Assembly (NCBI GenBank): GCA_032718475.1
Contig: JAUCBJ010007601.1
Coordinates: 37,773-101,772, forward strand
From: Nemertoderma westbladi
Taxonomy: Eukaryota; Animalia; Xenacoelomorpha
Direction: 5' to 3'
Length of the DNA: 64,000 bases
Positions within the stretch are counted from its first letter, which is position 1. The number at the start of each line of letters is the position of its first letter. The notes under the pieces are model-generated. The model saw only the letters and a program-made list of their open reading frames with translations, searched no databases and had not been told where the DNA came from. The position numbers and the translations under genes are program-made. Below, one piece after another: positions 1-15,000 of the stretch.

Positions 1-3000
1 ACTACACTCTCTATTGCATCGTCTAATAGCCCTACAGTACTACTACACTCTCTATTGCATCGTCTAATAGCCCTACAGTACTACTACATTATCTACTGCA
101 TCGTCTAATAGCCCTACAGTACTACTACATTATCTACTGCATCGTTTAATAGGCCTAAAGTACTACTACATTATCTACTACATCGTCTAATAGCCCTACA
201 GTACTACTACATTATCTACTGCATCGTCTAATAGGCCTACAGTACTACAACATTACCTACTGCATCGTCTAATAGGCCTACAGTACTACTACATTATCTA
301 CTACATCGTCTAATAGCCCTACAGTACTACTACATTATCTACTGCATCGTCTAATAGGCCTACAGTACTACAACATTACCTACTGCATCGTCTAATAGGC
401 CTACAGTACTACAACATTATCTACTGCATCGTTTAATAGGCCTAAAGTACTACAACATTATCTACTGCATCGTTTAATAGCCCTACAGTACTACTACACT
501 CTCTATTGCATCGTCTAATAGCCCTACAGTACTACTACACTCTCTATTGCATCGTCTAATAGCCCTACAGTACTACTACATTATCTACTGCATCGTCTAA
601 TAGGCCTACAGTACTACTACATTATCTACTGCATCGTCTAATAGCCCTACAGTACTACTACACTCTCTACTGCATCGTCTAATAGCCCTACAGTACTACT
701 ACACTCTCTATTGCATCGTCTAATAGCCCTACAGTACTACTACACTCTCTATTGCATCGTCTAATAGCCCTACAGTACTACTACATTATCTATTGCATCG
801 TCTTATAGCCCTACAGTACTACTACATTATCTACTGCATCGTCTAATAGGCCTACAGTACTACTACACTCTCTATTGCATCGTCTAATAGCCCTACAGTA
901 CTACTACACTCTCTACTGCATCGTCTAATAGCCCTACAGTACTACTACACTCTCTACTGCATCGTCTAATAGGCCTACAGTACTACTACACTCTCTATTG
1001 CATCGTCTAATAGCCCTACAGTACTACTACACTCTCTACTGCATCGTCTAATAGCCCTACAGTACTACTACACTCTCTATTGCATCGTCTAATAGGCCTA
1101 CAGTACTACTACACTCTCTACTGCATCGTCTAATAGGCCTACAGTACTACTACACTCTCTATTGCATCGTCTAATAGCGCCTACAGTACTACTACACTAT
1201 CTACTGCATCGTCTAATAGCCCTACAGTACTACTACATTATCTACTGCATCGTCTAATAGGCCTACAGTACTACTACATTATCTACTGCATCGTCTAATA
1301 GCCCTACAGTACTACTACACTCTCTACTGCATCGTCTAATAGGCCTACAGTACTACTACACTCTCTATTGCATCGTCTAATAGCCCTACAGTACTACTAC
1401 ACTCTCTATTGCATCGTCTAATAGCCCTACAGTACTACTACATTATCTACTGCATCGTCTAATAGCCCTACAGTACTACTACATTATCTACTGCATCGTT
1501 TAATAGGCCTAAAGTACTACTACATTATCTACTGCATCGTCTAATAGCCCTACAGTACTACTACATTATCTACTGCATCGTCTAATAGGCCTACAGTACT
1601 ACTACACTCTCTACTGCATCGTCTAATAGGCCTACAGTACTACTACATTATCTACTGCATCGTCTAATAGCCCTACAGTACTACTACATTATCTACTGCA
1701 TCGTCTAATAGGCCTACAGTACTACAACATTACTCTACTGCATCGTCTAATAGGCCTACAGTACTACTACATTATCTACTGCATCGTCTAATAGCCCTAA
1801 AGTACTACAACATTATCTACTGCATCGTTTAATAGCCCTACAGTACTACTACACTCTCTATTGCATCGTCTAATAGCCCTACAGTACTACTACACTCTCT
1901 ATTGCATCGTCTAATAGCCCTACAGTACTACTACATTATCTACTGCATCGTCTAATAGGCCTACAGTACTACTACATTATCTACTGCATCGTCTAATAGC
2001 CCTACAGTACTACTACACTCTCTACTGCATCGTCTAATAGGCCTACAGTACTACTACACTCTCTATTGCATCGTCTAATAGCCCTACAGTACTACTACAC
2101 TCTCTATTGCATCGTCTAATAGCCCTACAGTACTACTATAATATCTATTGCATCGTCTTATAGCCCCACAGTACTACTACACTCTCTATTGCATCGTCTA
2201 ATAGGCCTACAGTACTACTACACTCTCTATTGCATCGTCTAATAGGCCTACAGTACTACTACACTCTCTACTGCATCGTCTAATAGGCCTACAGTACTAC
2301 TACACTCTCTACTGCATCGTCTAATAGGCCTACAGTACTACTACACTCTCTATTGCATCGTCTAATAGCCCTACAGTACTACTACACTCTCTACTGCATC
2401 GTCTAATAGGCCTACAGTACTACTACACTCTCTATTGCATCGTCTAATAGGCCTACAGTACTACTACACTCTCTACTGCATCGTCTAATAGGCCTACAGT
2501 ACTACTACACTCTCTACTGCATCGTCTAATAGGCCTACAGTACTACTACACTCTCTATTGCATCGTCTAATAGCCCTACAGTACTACTACACTCTCTACT
2601 GCATCGTCTAATAGCCCTACAGTACTACTACATTATCTACTGCATCGTCTAATAGCCCTACAGTACTACTACATTATCTACTGCATCGTCTAATAGCCCT
2701 ACAGTACTACTACACTCTCTATTGCATCGTCTAATAGGCCTACAGTACTACTACACTCTCTACTGCATCGTCTAATAGGCCTACAGTACTACAACATTAT
2801 CTACTGCATCGTTTAATAGGCCTAAAGTACTACAACATTATCTACTGCATCGTTTAATAGGCCTAAAGTACTACTACATTATCTACTGCATCGTCTAATA
2901 GGCCTACAGTACTACAACATTATCTACTGCATCGTCTAATCGGCCTACAGTACTACTACACTCTCTATTGCATCGTCTAATAGCCCTACAGTACTACTAC

Positions 3001-6000
3001 ACTCTCTATTGCATCGTCTAATAGGCCTACAGTACTACTACATTATCTACTGCATCGTCTAATAGGCCTACAGTACTACTACATTATCTACTGCATCGTC
3101 TAATAGGCCTACAGTACTACTACACTCTCTATTGCATCGTCTAATAGCCCTACAGTACTACTACACTCTCTATTGCATCGTCTAATAGCCCTACAGTACT
3201 ACTACATTATCTACTGCATCGTCTAATAGCCCTACAGTACTACGACATTATCTACTGCATCGTCTAATAGCCCTACAGTACTACTATATTATCTACTGCA
3301 TCGTCTAATAGCCCTACAGTACTACTACACTCTCTATTGCATCGTCTAATAGCCCTACAGTACTACTACACTCTCTATTGCATCGTCTAATAGCCCTACA
3401 GTACTACTACACTCTCTATTGCATCGTCTAATAGCCCTACAGTACTACTACATTATCTACTGCATCGTCTAATAGCCCTACAGTACTACTACATTATCTA
3501 CTGCATCGTTTAATAGGCCTAAAGTACTACTACATTATCTACTGCATCGTCTAATAGCCCTACAGTACTACTACACTCTCTACTGCATCGTCTAATAGGC
3601 CTACAGTACTACTACACTCTCTATTGCATCGTCTAATAGCCCTACAGTACTACTACATTATCTACTGCATCGTCTAATAGGCCTACAGTACTACTACATT
3701 ATCTACTGCATCGTCTAATAGCCCTACAGTACTACTACACTCTCTACTGCATCGTCTAATAGGCCTACAGTACTACTACACTCTCTATTGCATCGTCTAA
3801 TAGCCCTACAGTACTACTACACTCTCTATTGCATCGTCTAATAGCCCTACAGTACTACTACATTATCTACTGCATCGTCTAATAGCCCTACAGTACTACT
3901 ACATTATCTACTGCATCGTTTAATAGGCCTAAAGTACTACTACATTATCTACTACATCGTCTAATAGCCCTACAGTACTACTACATTATCTACTGCATCG
4001 TCTAATAGGCCTACAGTACTACAACATTACCTACTGCATCGTCTAATAGGCCTACAGTACTACTACATTATCTACTACATCGTCTAATAGCCCTACAGTA
4101 CTACTACATTATCTACTGCATCGTCTAATAGGCCTACAGTACTACAACATTACCTACTGCATCGTCTAATAGGCCTACAGTACTACAACATTATCTACTG
4201 CATCGTTTAATAGGCCTAAAGTACTACAACATTATCTACTGCATCGTTTAATAGCCCTACAGTACTACTACACTCTCTATTGCATCGTCTAATAGCCCTA
4301 CAGTACTACTACACTCTCTATTGCATCGTCTAATAGGCCTACAGTACTACTACATTATCTACTGCATCGTCTAATAGGCCTACAGTACTACTACATTATC
4401 TACTGCATCGTCTAATAGGCCTACAGTACTACTACATTATCTACTGCATCGTCTAATAGGCCTACAGTACTACTACACTCTCTATTGCATCGTCTAATAG
4501 CCCTACAGTACTACTACACTCTCTATTGCATCGTCTAATAGCCCTACAGTACTACTAAATATCTACTGCATCGTCTTATAGCCCTACAGTACTACTACAC
4601 TCTCTATTGCATCGTCTAATAGGCCTACAGTACTACTACACTCTCTATTGCATCGTCTAATAGGCCTACAGTACTACTACACTCTCTACTGCATCGTCTA
4701 ATAGGCCTACAGTACTACTACATTACTCTACTGCATCGTCTAATAGGCCTACAGTACTACTACACTCTCTATTGCATCGTCTAATAGCCCTACAGTACTA
4801 CTACATTATCTACTGCATCGTCTAATAGGCCTACAGTACTACTACATTATCTACTGCATCGTCTAATAGGCCTACAGTACTACTACATTATCTACTGCAT
4901 CGTCTAATAGGCCTACAGTACTACTACACTCTCTACTGCATCGTCTAATAGGCCTACAGTACTACTACACTCTCTATTGCATCGTCTAATAGCCCTACAG
5001 TACTACTACACTCTCTACTGCATCGTCTAATAGCCCTACAGTACTACTACATTATCTACTGCATCGTCTAATAGCCCTACAGTACTACTATATTATCTAC
5101 TGCATCGTCTAATAGCCCTACAGTACTACTACACTCTCTATTGCATCGTCTAATAGGCCTACAGTGCTACTACACTCTCTATTGCATCGTCTAATAGGCC
5201 TACAGTACTACTACACTCTCTATTGCATCGTCTAATAGCCCTAAAGTACTACTACATTATCTACTGCATCGTCTAATAGCCCTACAGTACTACTACACTC
5301 TCTACTGCATCGTCTAATAGGCCTACAGTACTACTACACTCTCTATTGCATCGTCTAATAGCCCTACAGTACTACTACACTCTCTATTGCATCGTCTAAT
5401 AGCCCTACAGTACTACTACACTCTCTATTGCATCGTCTAATAGCCCTACAGTACTACTACATTATCTACTGCATCGTCTAATAGCCCTACAGTACTACTA
5501 CACTCTCTATTGCTTCGTCTAATAGGCCTACAGTACTACTACATTATCTACTGCATCGTCTAATAGGCCTACAGTACTACTACATTATCTACTGCATCGT
5601 CTAATAGGCCTACAGTACTACTACAGTACATTATCTACTGCATCGTCTAATAGGCCTACAGTACTACTACATTATCTACTGCATCGTCTAATAGGCCTAC
5701 AGTACTACTACATTATATACTGCATCGTCTAATAGGCCTACAGTACTACTGCATTATCTACTGCATCGTCTAATAGGCCTACAGTACTACAGCATTATCT
5801 ACTGCATCGTTTAATAGGCCTAAAGTACTACTACATTATCTACTGCATCGTCTAATAGCCCTACAGTACTACTACATTATCTACTGCATCGTCTAATAGC
5901 CCTACAGTACTACTACATTATCTACTGCATCGTCTAATCGGCCTACAGTACTACTACACTATCTATTGCATCGTCTAATAGGCCTACAGTACTACTGCAT

Positions 6001-9000
6001 TATCTACTGCATCGTCTAATAGGCCTACAGTACTACAGCATTATCTACTGCATCGTTTAATAGGCCTAAAGTACTACTACATTATCTACTGCATCGTCTA
6101 ATAGCCATACAGTACTACTACATTATCTACTGCATCGTCTAATAGACCTACAGTACTACTACACTCTCTATTGCATCGCCTAATAGGCCTACAGCACTAC
6201 TACATTATCTACTGCATCGTCTAATAGGCCTACAGTACTACAACATTATCTACTGCATCGTTTAATAGGCCTAAAGTACTACAACATTATCTACTGCATC
6301 GTTTAATAGGCCTAAAGTACTACAACATTATCTACTGCATCGTTTAATAGGCCTAAAGTACTACTACATTATCTACTGCATCTTCTAATAGCCCTACAGT
6401 ACTACTACACTCTCTATTGCATCGTTTAATAGGCCTAAAGTACTACTACATTATCTACTGCATCGTCTAATAGGCCTACAGTACTACAACATTATCTACT
6501 GCATCGTCTAATAGGCCTACAGTACTACAGCATTATCTACTGCATCGTTTAATAGGCCTAAAGTACTACTACACTCTCTATTGCATCGTCTAATAGCCCT
6601 ACAGTACTACTACACTCTCTATTGCATCGTTTAATAGGCCTAAAGTACTACAACATTATCTACTGCATCGTTTAATAGGCCTAAAGTACTACTACATTAT
6701 CTACTGCATCGTCTAATAGGCCTACAGTACTACAAAATTATCTACTGCATCGTTTAATAGGCCTAAAGTACTACAACATTATCTACTGCATCGTTTAATA
6801 GGCCTACAGTACTACTACACTCTCTATTGCATCGTCTAATAGCCCTACAGTACTACTACATTATCTACTGCATCGTCTAATAGGCCTACAGTACTACAAC
6901 ATTACCTACTGCATCGTCTAATAGCCCTACAGTACTACTACACTCTCTATTGCATCGTCTAATAGCCCTAAAGTACTACGACATTATCTATTGCATCGTC
7001 TAATAGGCCTACAGTACTACTACATTATCTACTACATCGTCTAATAGCCCTACAGTACTACTACATTATCTACTGCATCGTCTAATAGGCCTACAGTACT
7101 ACAACATTACCTACTGCATCGTCTAATAGGCCTACAGTACTACTACACTCTCTATTGCATCGTCTAATAGCCCTACAGTACTACTACACTCTCTACTGCA
7201 TCGTCTAATAGCCCTACAGTACTACTACATTATCTACTGCATCGTCTAATAGCCCTACAGTACTACTACATTATCTACTGCATCGTCTAATAGCCCTACA
7301 GTACTACTACACTCTCCATTGCATCGTCTAATAGGCCTACAGTGCTACTACACTCTCTATTGCATCGTCTAATAGGCCTACAGTACTACTACACTCTCTA
7401 TTGCATCGTCTAATAGCCCTACAGTACTACTACATTATCTACTGCATCGTCTAATAGCCCTACAGTACTACTACACTCTCTACTGCATCGTCTAATAGGC
7501 CTACAGTACTACTACACTCTCTATTGCATCGTCTAATAGCCCTACAGTACTACTACACTCTCTATTGCATCGTCTAATAGCCCTACAGTACTACTACACT
7601 CTCTATTGCATCGTCTAATAGCCCTACAGTACTACTACATTATCTACTGCATCGTCTAATAGCCCTACAGTACTACTACACTCTCTATTGCTTCGTCTAA
7701 TAGGCCTACAGTACTACTACATTATCTACTGCATCGTCTAATAGGCCTACAGTACTACTACATTATCTACTGCATCGTCTAATAGGCCTACAGTACTACT
7801 ACTACATTATCTACTGCATCGTCTAATAGGCCTACAGTACTACTACATTATCTACTGCATCGTCTAATAGGCCTACAGTACTACTACATTATCTACTGCA
7901 TCGTCTAATAGGCCTACAGTACAACTGCATTATCTACTGCATCGTCTAATAGGCCTACAGTACTACAGCATTATCTACTGCATCGTTTAATAGGCCTAAA
8001 GTACTACTACATTATCTACTGCATCGTCTAATAGCCCTACAGTACTACTACATTATCTACTGCATCGTCTAATAGCCCTACAGTACTACTACATTATCTA
8101 CTGCATCGTCTAATCGGCCTACAGTACTACTACACTATCTATTGCATCGTCTAATAGGCCTACAGTACTACTGCATTATCTACTGCATCGTCTAATAGGC
8201 CTACAGTACTACAGCATTATCTACTGCATCGTTTAATAGGCCTAAAGTACTACTACATTATCTACTGCATCGTCTAATAGCCATACAGTACTACTACATT
8301 ATCTACTGCATCGTCTAATAGACCTACAGTACTACTACACTCTCTATTGCATCGCCTAATAGGCCTACAGCACTACTACATTATCTACTGCATCGTCTAA
8401 TAGGCCTACAGTACTACAACATTATCTACTGCATCGTTTAATAGGCCTAAAGTACTACAACATTATCTACTGCATCGTTTAATAGGCCTAAAGTACTACT
8501 ACATTATCTACTGCATCGTCTAATAGGCCTACAGTACTACAACATTATCTACTGCATCGTCTAATAGGCCTACAGTACTACAGCATTATCTACTGCATCG
8601 TTTAATAGGCCTAAAGTACTACTACACTCTCTATTGCATCGTCTAATAGCCCTACAGTACTACTACACTCTCTATTGCATCGTCTAATAGGCCTAAAGTA
8701 CTACAACATTATCTACTGCATCGTTTAATAGGCCTAACGTACTACTACATTATCTACTGCATCGTCTAATAGGCCTACAGTACTACTACATTATCTACTG
8801 CATCGTCTAATAGGCCTAAAGTACTACAACATTATCTACTGCATCGTTTAATAGGCCTACAGTACTACTACACTCTCTATTGCATCGTCTAATAGCCCTA
8901 CAGTACTACTACATTATCTACTGCATCGTCTAATAGGCCTACAGTACTACAACATTACCTACTGCATCGTCTAATAGGCCTACAGTACTACTACATTATC

Positions 9001-12000
9001 TACTACATCGTCTAATAGCCCTACAGTACTACTACATTATCTACTGCATCGTCTAATAGGCCTACAGTACTACAACATTACCTACTGCATCGTCTAATAG
9101 GCCTACAGTACTACTACATTATCTACTGCATCGTCTTATAGCCCTACAGTACTACTACACTCTCTATTGCATCGTCTAATAGGCCTACAGTACTACAACA
9201 TTACCTACTGCATCGTCTAATAGTCCTACAGTACTACAACATTATCTACTGCATCGTTTAATAGGCCTAAAGTACTACAACATTATCTACTGCATCGTTT
9301 AATAGGCCTAAAGTACTACTACATTATCTACTGCATCGTCTAATAGCCATACAGTACTACTACATTATCTACTGCATCGTCTAATAGGCCTACAGTACTA
9401 CTACACTCTATCCTGCATCGTCTAATAGGCCTACAGTACTACTACATTATCTCTGCATCGTCTAATAGGCCTACAGTACTACTACATTATCTACTGCATC
9501 GTCTAATCGGCCTACAGTACTACTACACTCTCTATTGCATCGTCTAATAGGCCTACAGTACTACTACACTCTCTATTGTATCGTCTAATAGCCCTACAGT
9601 ACTACTACACTCTCTATTGTATCGTCTAATAGGCCTAAAGTACTACTACACTCTCTATTGCATCGTCTAATAGCCCTAAAGTACTACTACACTCTCTATT
9701 GCATCGTCTAATAGGCCTACAGTACTACTACACTCTCTATTGCATCGTCTAATAGGCCTACAGTACTACTACATTATCTACAGCATCGTCTAATCGGCCT
9801 ACAGTACTACTACACTCTCTATTGCATCGTCTAATAGCCCTACAGTACTACTATACTCTCTATTGCATCGTCTAATAGGCCTACAGTACTACTACATTAT
9901 CTACGCATCGTCTAATAGGCCTACAGTACTACTACACTCTCTACTGCATCGTCTAATAGACCTACAGTACTACTACACTCTCTATTGCATCGTCTAATAG
10001 CCCTAAAGTACTACTACACTCTCTATTGCATCGTCTAATAGCCCTACAGTACTACTACATTATCTACTGCATCGTCTAATAGCCCTACAGTACTACTATA
10101 TTATCTACTGCATCGTCTAATAGACCTACAGTACTACTACACTCTCTATTGCATCGTCTAATAGGCCTACAGTACTACTACACTCTCTATTGCATCGTCT
10201 AATAGCCCTACAGTACTACTACACTCTCTATTGCATCGTCTAATAGCCCTACAGTACTACTACATTATCTACTGCATCGTCTAATAGCCCTACAGTACTA
10301 CTATATTATCTACTGCATCGTCTAATAGCCCTACAGTACTACTACACTCTCTATTGCATCGTCTAATAGGCCTACAGTACTACTACACTCTCTATTGCAT
10401 CGTCTAATAGGCCTACAGTACTACTACATTATCTACTGCATCGTCTAATAGCCCTACAGTACTACTACACTCTCTATTGCATCGTCTAATAGCCCTACAG
10501 TACTACTACATTATCTACTGCATCGTCTAATAGCCCTACAGTACTACTAAACTCTCTATTGCATCGTCTAATAGCCCTACAGTACTACTACACTCTCTAT
10601 TGCATCGTCTAATAGCCCTACAGTACTACTACACTCTCTATTGCATCGTCTAATAGGCCTACAGTACTACTACACTCTCTATTGGATCGTCTAATAGGCC
10701 TACAGTACTACTACACTCTCTATTGCATCGTCTAATAGGCCTACAGTACTACTACATTATCTACTGCATCGTCTAATAGGCCTACAGTACTACTACACTC
10801 TCTATTGCATCGTCTAATAGGCCTACAGTACTACTACATTATCTACTGCATCGTCTAATAGCCCTACAGTACTACTACACTCTCTATTGCATCGTCTAAT
10901 AGCCCTACAGTACTACTACATTATCTACTGCATCGTCTAATAGCCCTACAGTACTACTACATTATCTACTGCATCGTCTAATAGGCCTACAGTACTACTA
11001 CATTATCTACTGCATCGTCTAATAGGCCTACAGTACTACTACACTCTCTATTGCATCGTCTAATAGGCCTACAGTACTACTACATTATCTACTGCATCGT
11101 CTAATAGCCCTACAGTACTACTACACTCTCTATTGCATCGTCTAATAGCCCTACAGTACTACTACATTATCTACTGCATCGTCTAATAGCCCTACAGTAC
11201 TACTACATTATCTACTGCATCGTCTAATAGCCCTACAGTACTACTACATTATCTACTGCATCGTCTAATAGGCCTACAGTACTACTACACTCTCTATTGC
11301 ATCGTCTAATAGCCCTACAGTACTACTACACTCTCTATTGCATCGTCTAATAGGCCTACAGTACTACTACACTCTCTATTGCATCGTCTAATAGGCCTAC
11401 AGTACTACGTACTACTACATTATCTACAGCATCGTCTAATCGGCCTACAGTACAACTACACTCTCTATTGCATCGTCTAATAGCCCTACAGTACTACTAC
11501 ACTCTCTATTGCATCGTCTAATAGCCCTACAGTACTACTACACTCTCTATTGCATCGTCTAATAGGCCTACAGTACTACTACATTATCTACAGCATCGTC
11601 TAATCGGCCTACAGTACTACTACACTCTCTATTGCATCGTCTAATAGCCCTACAGTACTACTACACTCTCTATTGCATCGTCTAATAGGCCTACAGTACT
11701 ACGACATTATCTATTGCATCGTCTAATAGGCCTACAGTACTACTACACTCTCTATTGCATCGTCTAATAGGCCTACAGTACTACGACATTATCTATTGCA
11801 TCGTCTAATAGGCCTACAGTACTACTACACTCTCTATTGCATCGTCTAATAGCCCTACAGTACTACTACACTCTCTATTGCATCGTCTAATAGGCCTACA
11901 GTACTACTACACTCTCTATTGCATCGTCTAATAGCCCTACAGTACTACTACACTCTCTATTGCATCGTCTAATAGCCCTACAGTACTACTACATTATCTA

Positions 12001-15000
12001 CTGCATCGTCTAATAGCCCTACAGTACTACTACATTATCTACTGCATCGTCTAATAGGCCTACAGTACTACTACACTCTCTACTGCATCGTCTAATAGGC
12101 CTAAAGTACTACTACACTCTCTACTGTATCGTTTAATAGCCCTACAGTACTACTACACTCTCTACTGCATCGTCTAATAGGCCTACAGTACTACTACATT
12201 ATCTACTGCATCGTCTAATAGCCCTACAGTACTACTACACTCTCTATTGCTTCGTCTAATAGCCCTACAGTACTACTACAGTACATTATCTACTGCATCG
12301 TCTAATAGGCCTACAGTACTACTACATTATCTACTGCATCGTCTAATAGGCCTACAGTACTACTACATTATCTACTTCATCGTCTAATAGGCCTACAGTA
12401 CTACTGCATTATCTACTGCATCGTCTAATAGGCCTACAGTACTACAGCATTATCTACTGCATCGTTTAATAGGCCTAAAGTACTACTACACTCTCTATTG
12501 CATCGCCTAATAGGCCTACAGCACTACTACATTATCTACTGCATCGTCTAATAGGCCTACAGTACTACAACATTATCTACTGCATCGTTTAATAGGCCTA
12601 AAGTACTACAACATTATCTACTGCATCGTTTAATAGGCCTAAAGTACTACTACATTATCTACTGCATCGTCTAATAGGCCTACAGTACTACAACATTATC
12701 TACTGCATCGTTTAATAGGCCTAAAGTACTACAACATTATCTACTGCATCGTTTAATAGGCCTAAAGTACTACTACATTATCTACTGCATCGTCTAATAG
12801 CCCTACAGTACTACTACATTATCTACTGCATCGTCTAATAGGCCTACAGTACTACAACATTACCTACTGCATCGTCTAATAGGCCTACAGTACTACTACA
12901 TTATCTACTACATCGTCTAATAGCCCTACAGTACTACTACATTATCTACTGCATCGTCTAATAGGCCTACAGTACTACAACATTACCTACTGCATCGTCT
13001 AATAGGCCTACAGTACTACTACATTATCTACTGCATCGTCTTATAGCCCTACAGTACTACTACACTCTCTATTGCATCGTCTAATAGGCCTACAGTACTA
13101 CAACATTACCTACTACATCGTCTAATAGTCCTACAGTACTACAACATTATCTACTGCATCGTTTAATAGGCCTAAAGTACTACAACATTATCTACTGCAT
13201 CGTTTAATAGGCCTAAAGTACTACTACATTATCTACTGCATCGTTTAATAGCCCTACGTACTACATTATCTACTGCATCGTCGAATAGGCCTACAGTACT
13301 ACTACACTCTATCCTGCATCGTCTAATAGGCCTACAGTACTACTACATTATCTCTGCATCGTCTAATAGGCCTACAGTACTACTACACTCTCTATTGCAT
13401 CGTCTAATAGGCCTACAGTACTACTACACTCTCTATTGCATCGTCTAATAGGCCTACAGTACTACTACATTATCTACAGCATCGTCTAATCGGCCTACAG
13501 TACTACTACACTCTCTATTGCATCGTCTAATAGCCCTACAGTACTACTATACTCTCTATTGCATCGTCTAATAGGCCTACAGTACTACTACATTATCTAC
13601 CGCATCGTCTAATAGGCCTACAGTACTACTACATTATCTACTGCATCGTCTAATAGCCCTACAGTACTACGACATTATCTACAGCATCGTCTAATCGGCC
13701 TACAGTACTACTACACTCTCTATTGCATCGTCTAATAGCCCTACAGTACTACTACACTCTCTACTGCATCGTCTAATAGGCCTACAGTACTACTATATTA
13801 TCTACCGCATCGTCTAATAGCCCTACAGTACTGCTACATTATCTACTGCATCGTCTAATAGCCCTACAGTACTACTACATTATCTACTGCATCGTCTAAT
13901 AGACCTACAGTACTACTACACTCTCTATTGCATTGTCTAATAGGCCTACAGTACTACTACATTATCTACCGCATCGTCTAATAGGCCTACAGTACTACTA
14001 CATTATCTACTGCATCGTCTAATAGCCATACAGTACTACTACACTCTCTATTGTATCGTCTAATAGGCCTACAGTACTACTACACTCTCTACTGCATCGT
14101 CTAATAGGCCTACAGTACTACTACATTATCTACTGCATCGTTTAATAGGCCTACAGTACTACTACATTATCTACTGCATCGTCTAATAGCCCTACAGTAC
14201 TACTACACTCTCTATTGCATCGTCTAATAGCCCTACAGTACTACTACATTATCTACTGCATCGTCTAATAGCCCTACAGTACTACTATATTATCTACTGC
14301 ATCGTCTAATAGCCCTACAGTACTACTACACTCTCTATTGCATCGTCTAATAGGCCTACAGTACTACTACACTATCTATTGCATCGTCTAATAGGCCTAC
14401 AGTACTACTACACTCTCTATTGCATCGTCTAATAGCCCTAAAGTACTACTACATTATCTACTGCATCGTCTAATAGCCCTACAGTACTACTACACTCTCT
14501 ACTGCATCGTCTAATAGGCCTAAAGTACTACTACATTATCTACTGCATCGTCTAATAGGCCTACAGTACTACTAAATTATCTACTGCATCGTCTAATAGG
14601 CCTACAGTACTACAACATTATCTACTACATCGTCTAATAGCCCTACAGTACTACTACACTCTCTATTGCATCGTCTAATAGCCCTAAAGTACTACTACAC
14701 TCTCTATTGCATCGTCTAATAACCCTACAGTACTACTACACTCTCTATTGTATCGTCTAATAGGCCTACAGTACTACTACACTCTCTATTGCATCGTCTA
14801 ATAGCCCTACAGTACTACTACACTCTCTATTGCATCGTCTAATAGGCCTAAAGTACTACTACACTCTATATTGCATCGTCTAATAGGCCTACAGTACTAC
14901 TACATTATCTACTGCATCGTCTAATAGGCCTACAGTACTACTACATTATCTCTGCATCGTCTAATAGGCCTACAGTACTACTACATTATCTACTGCATCG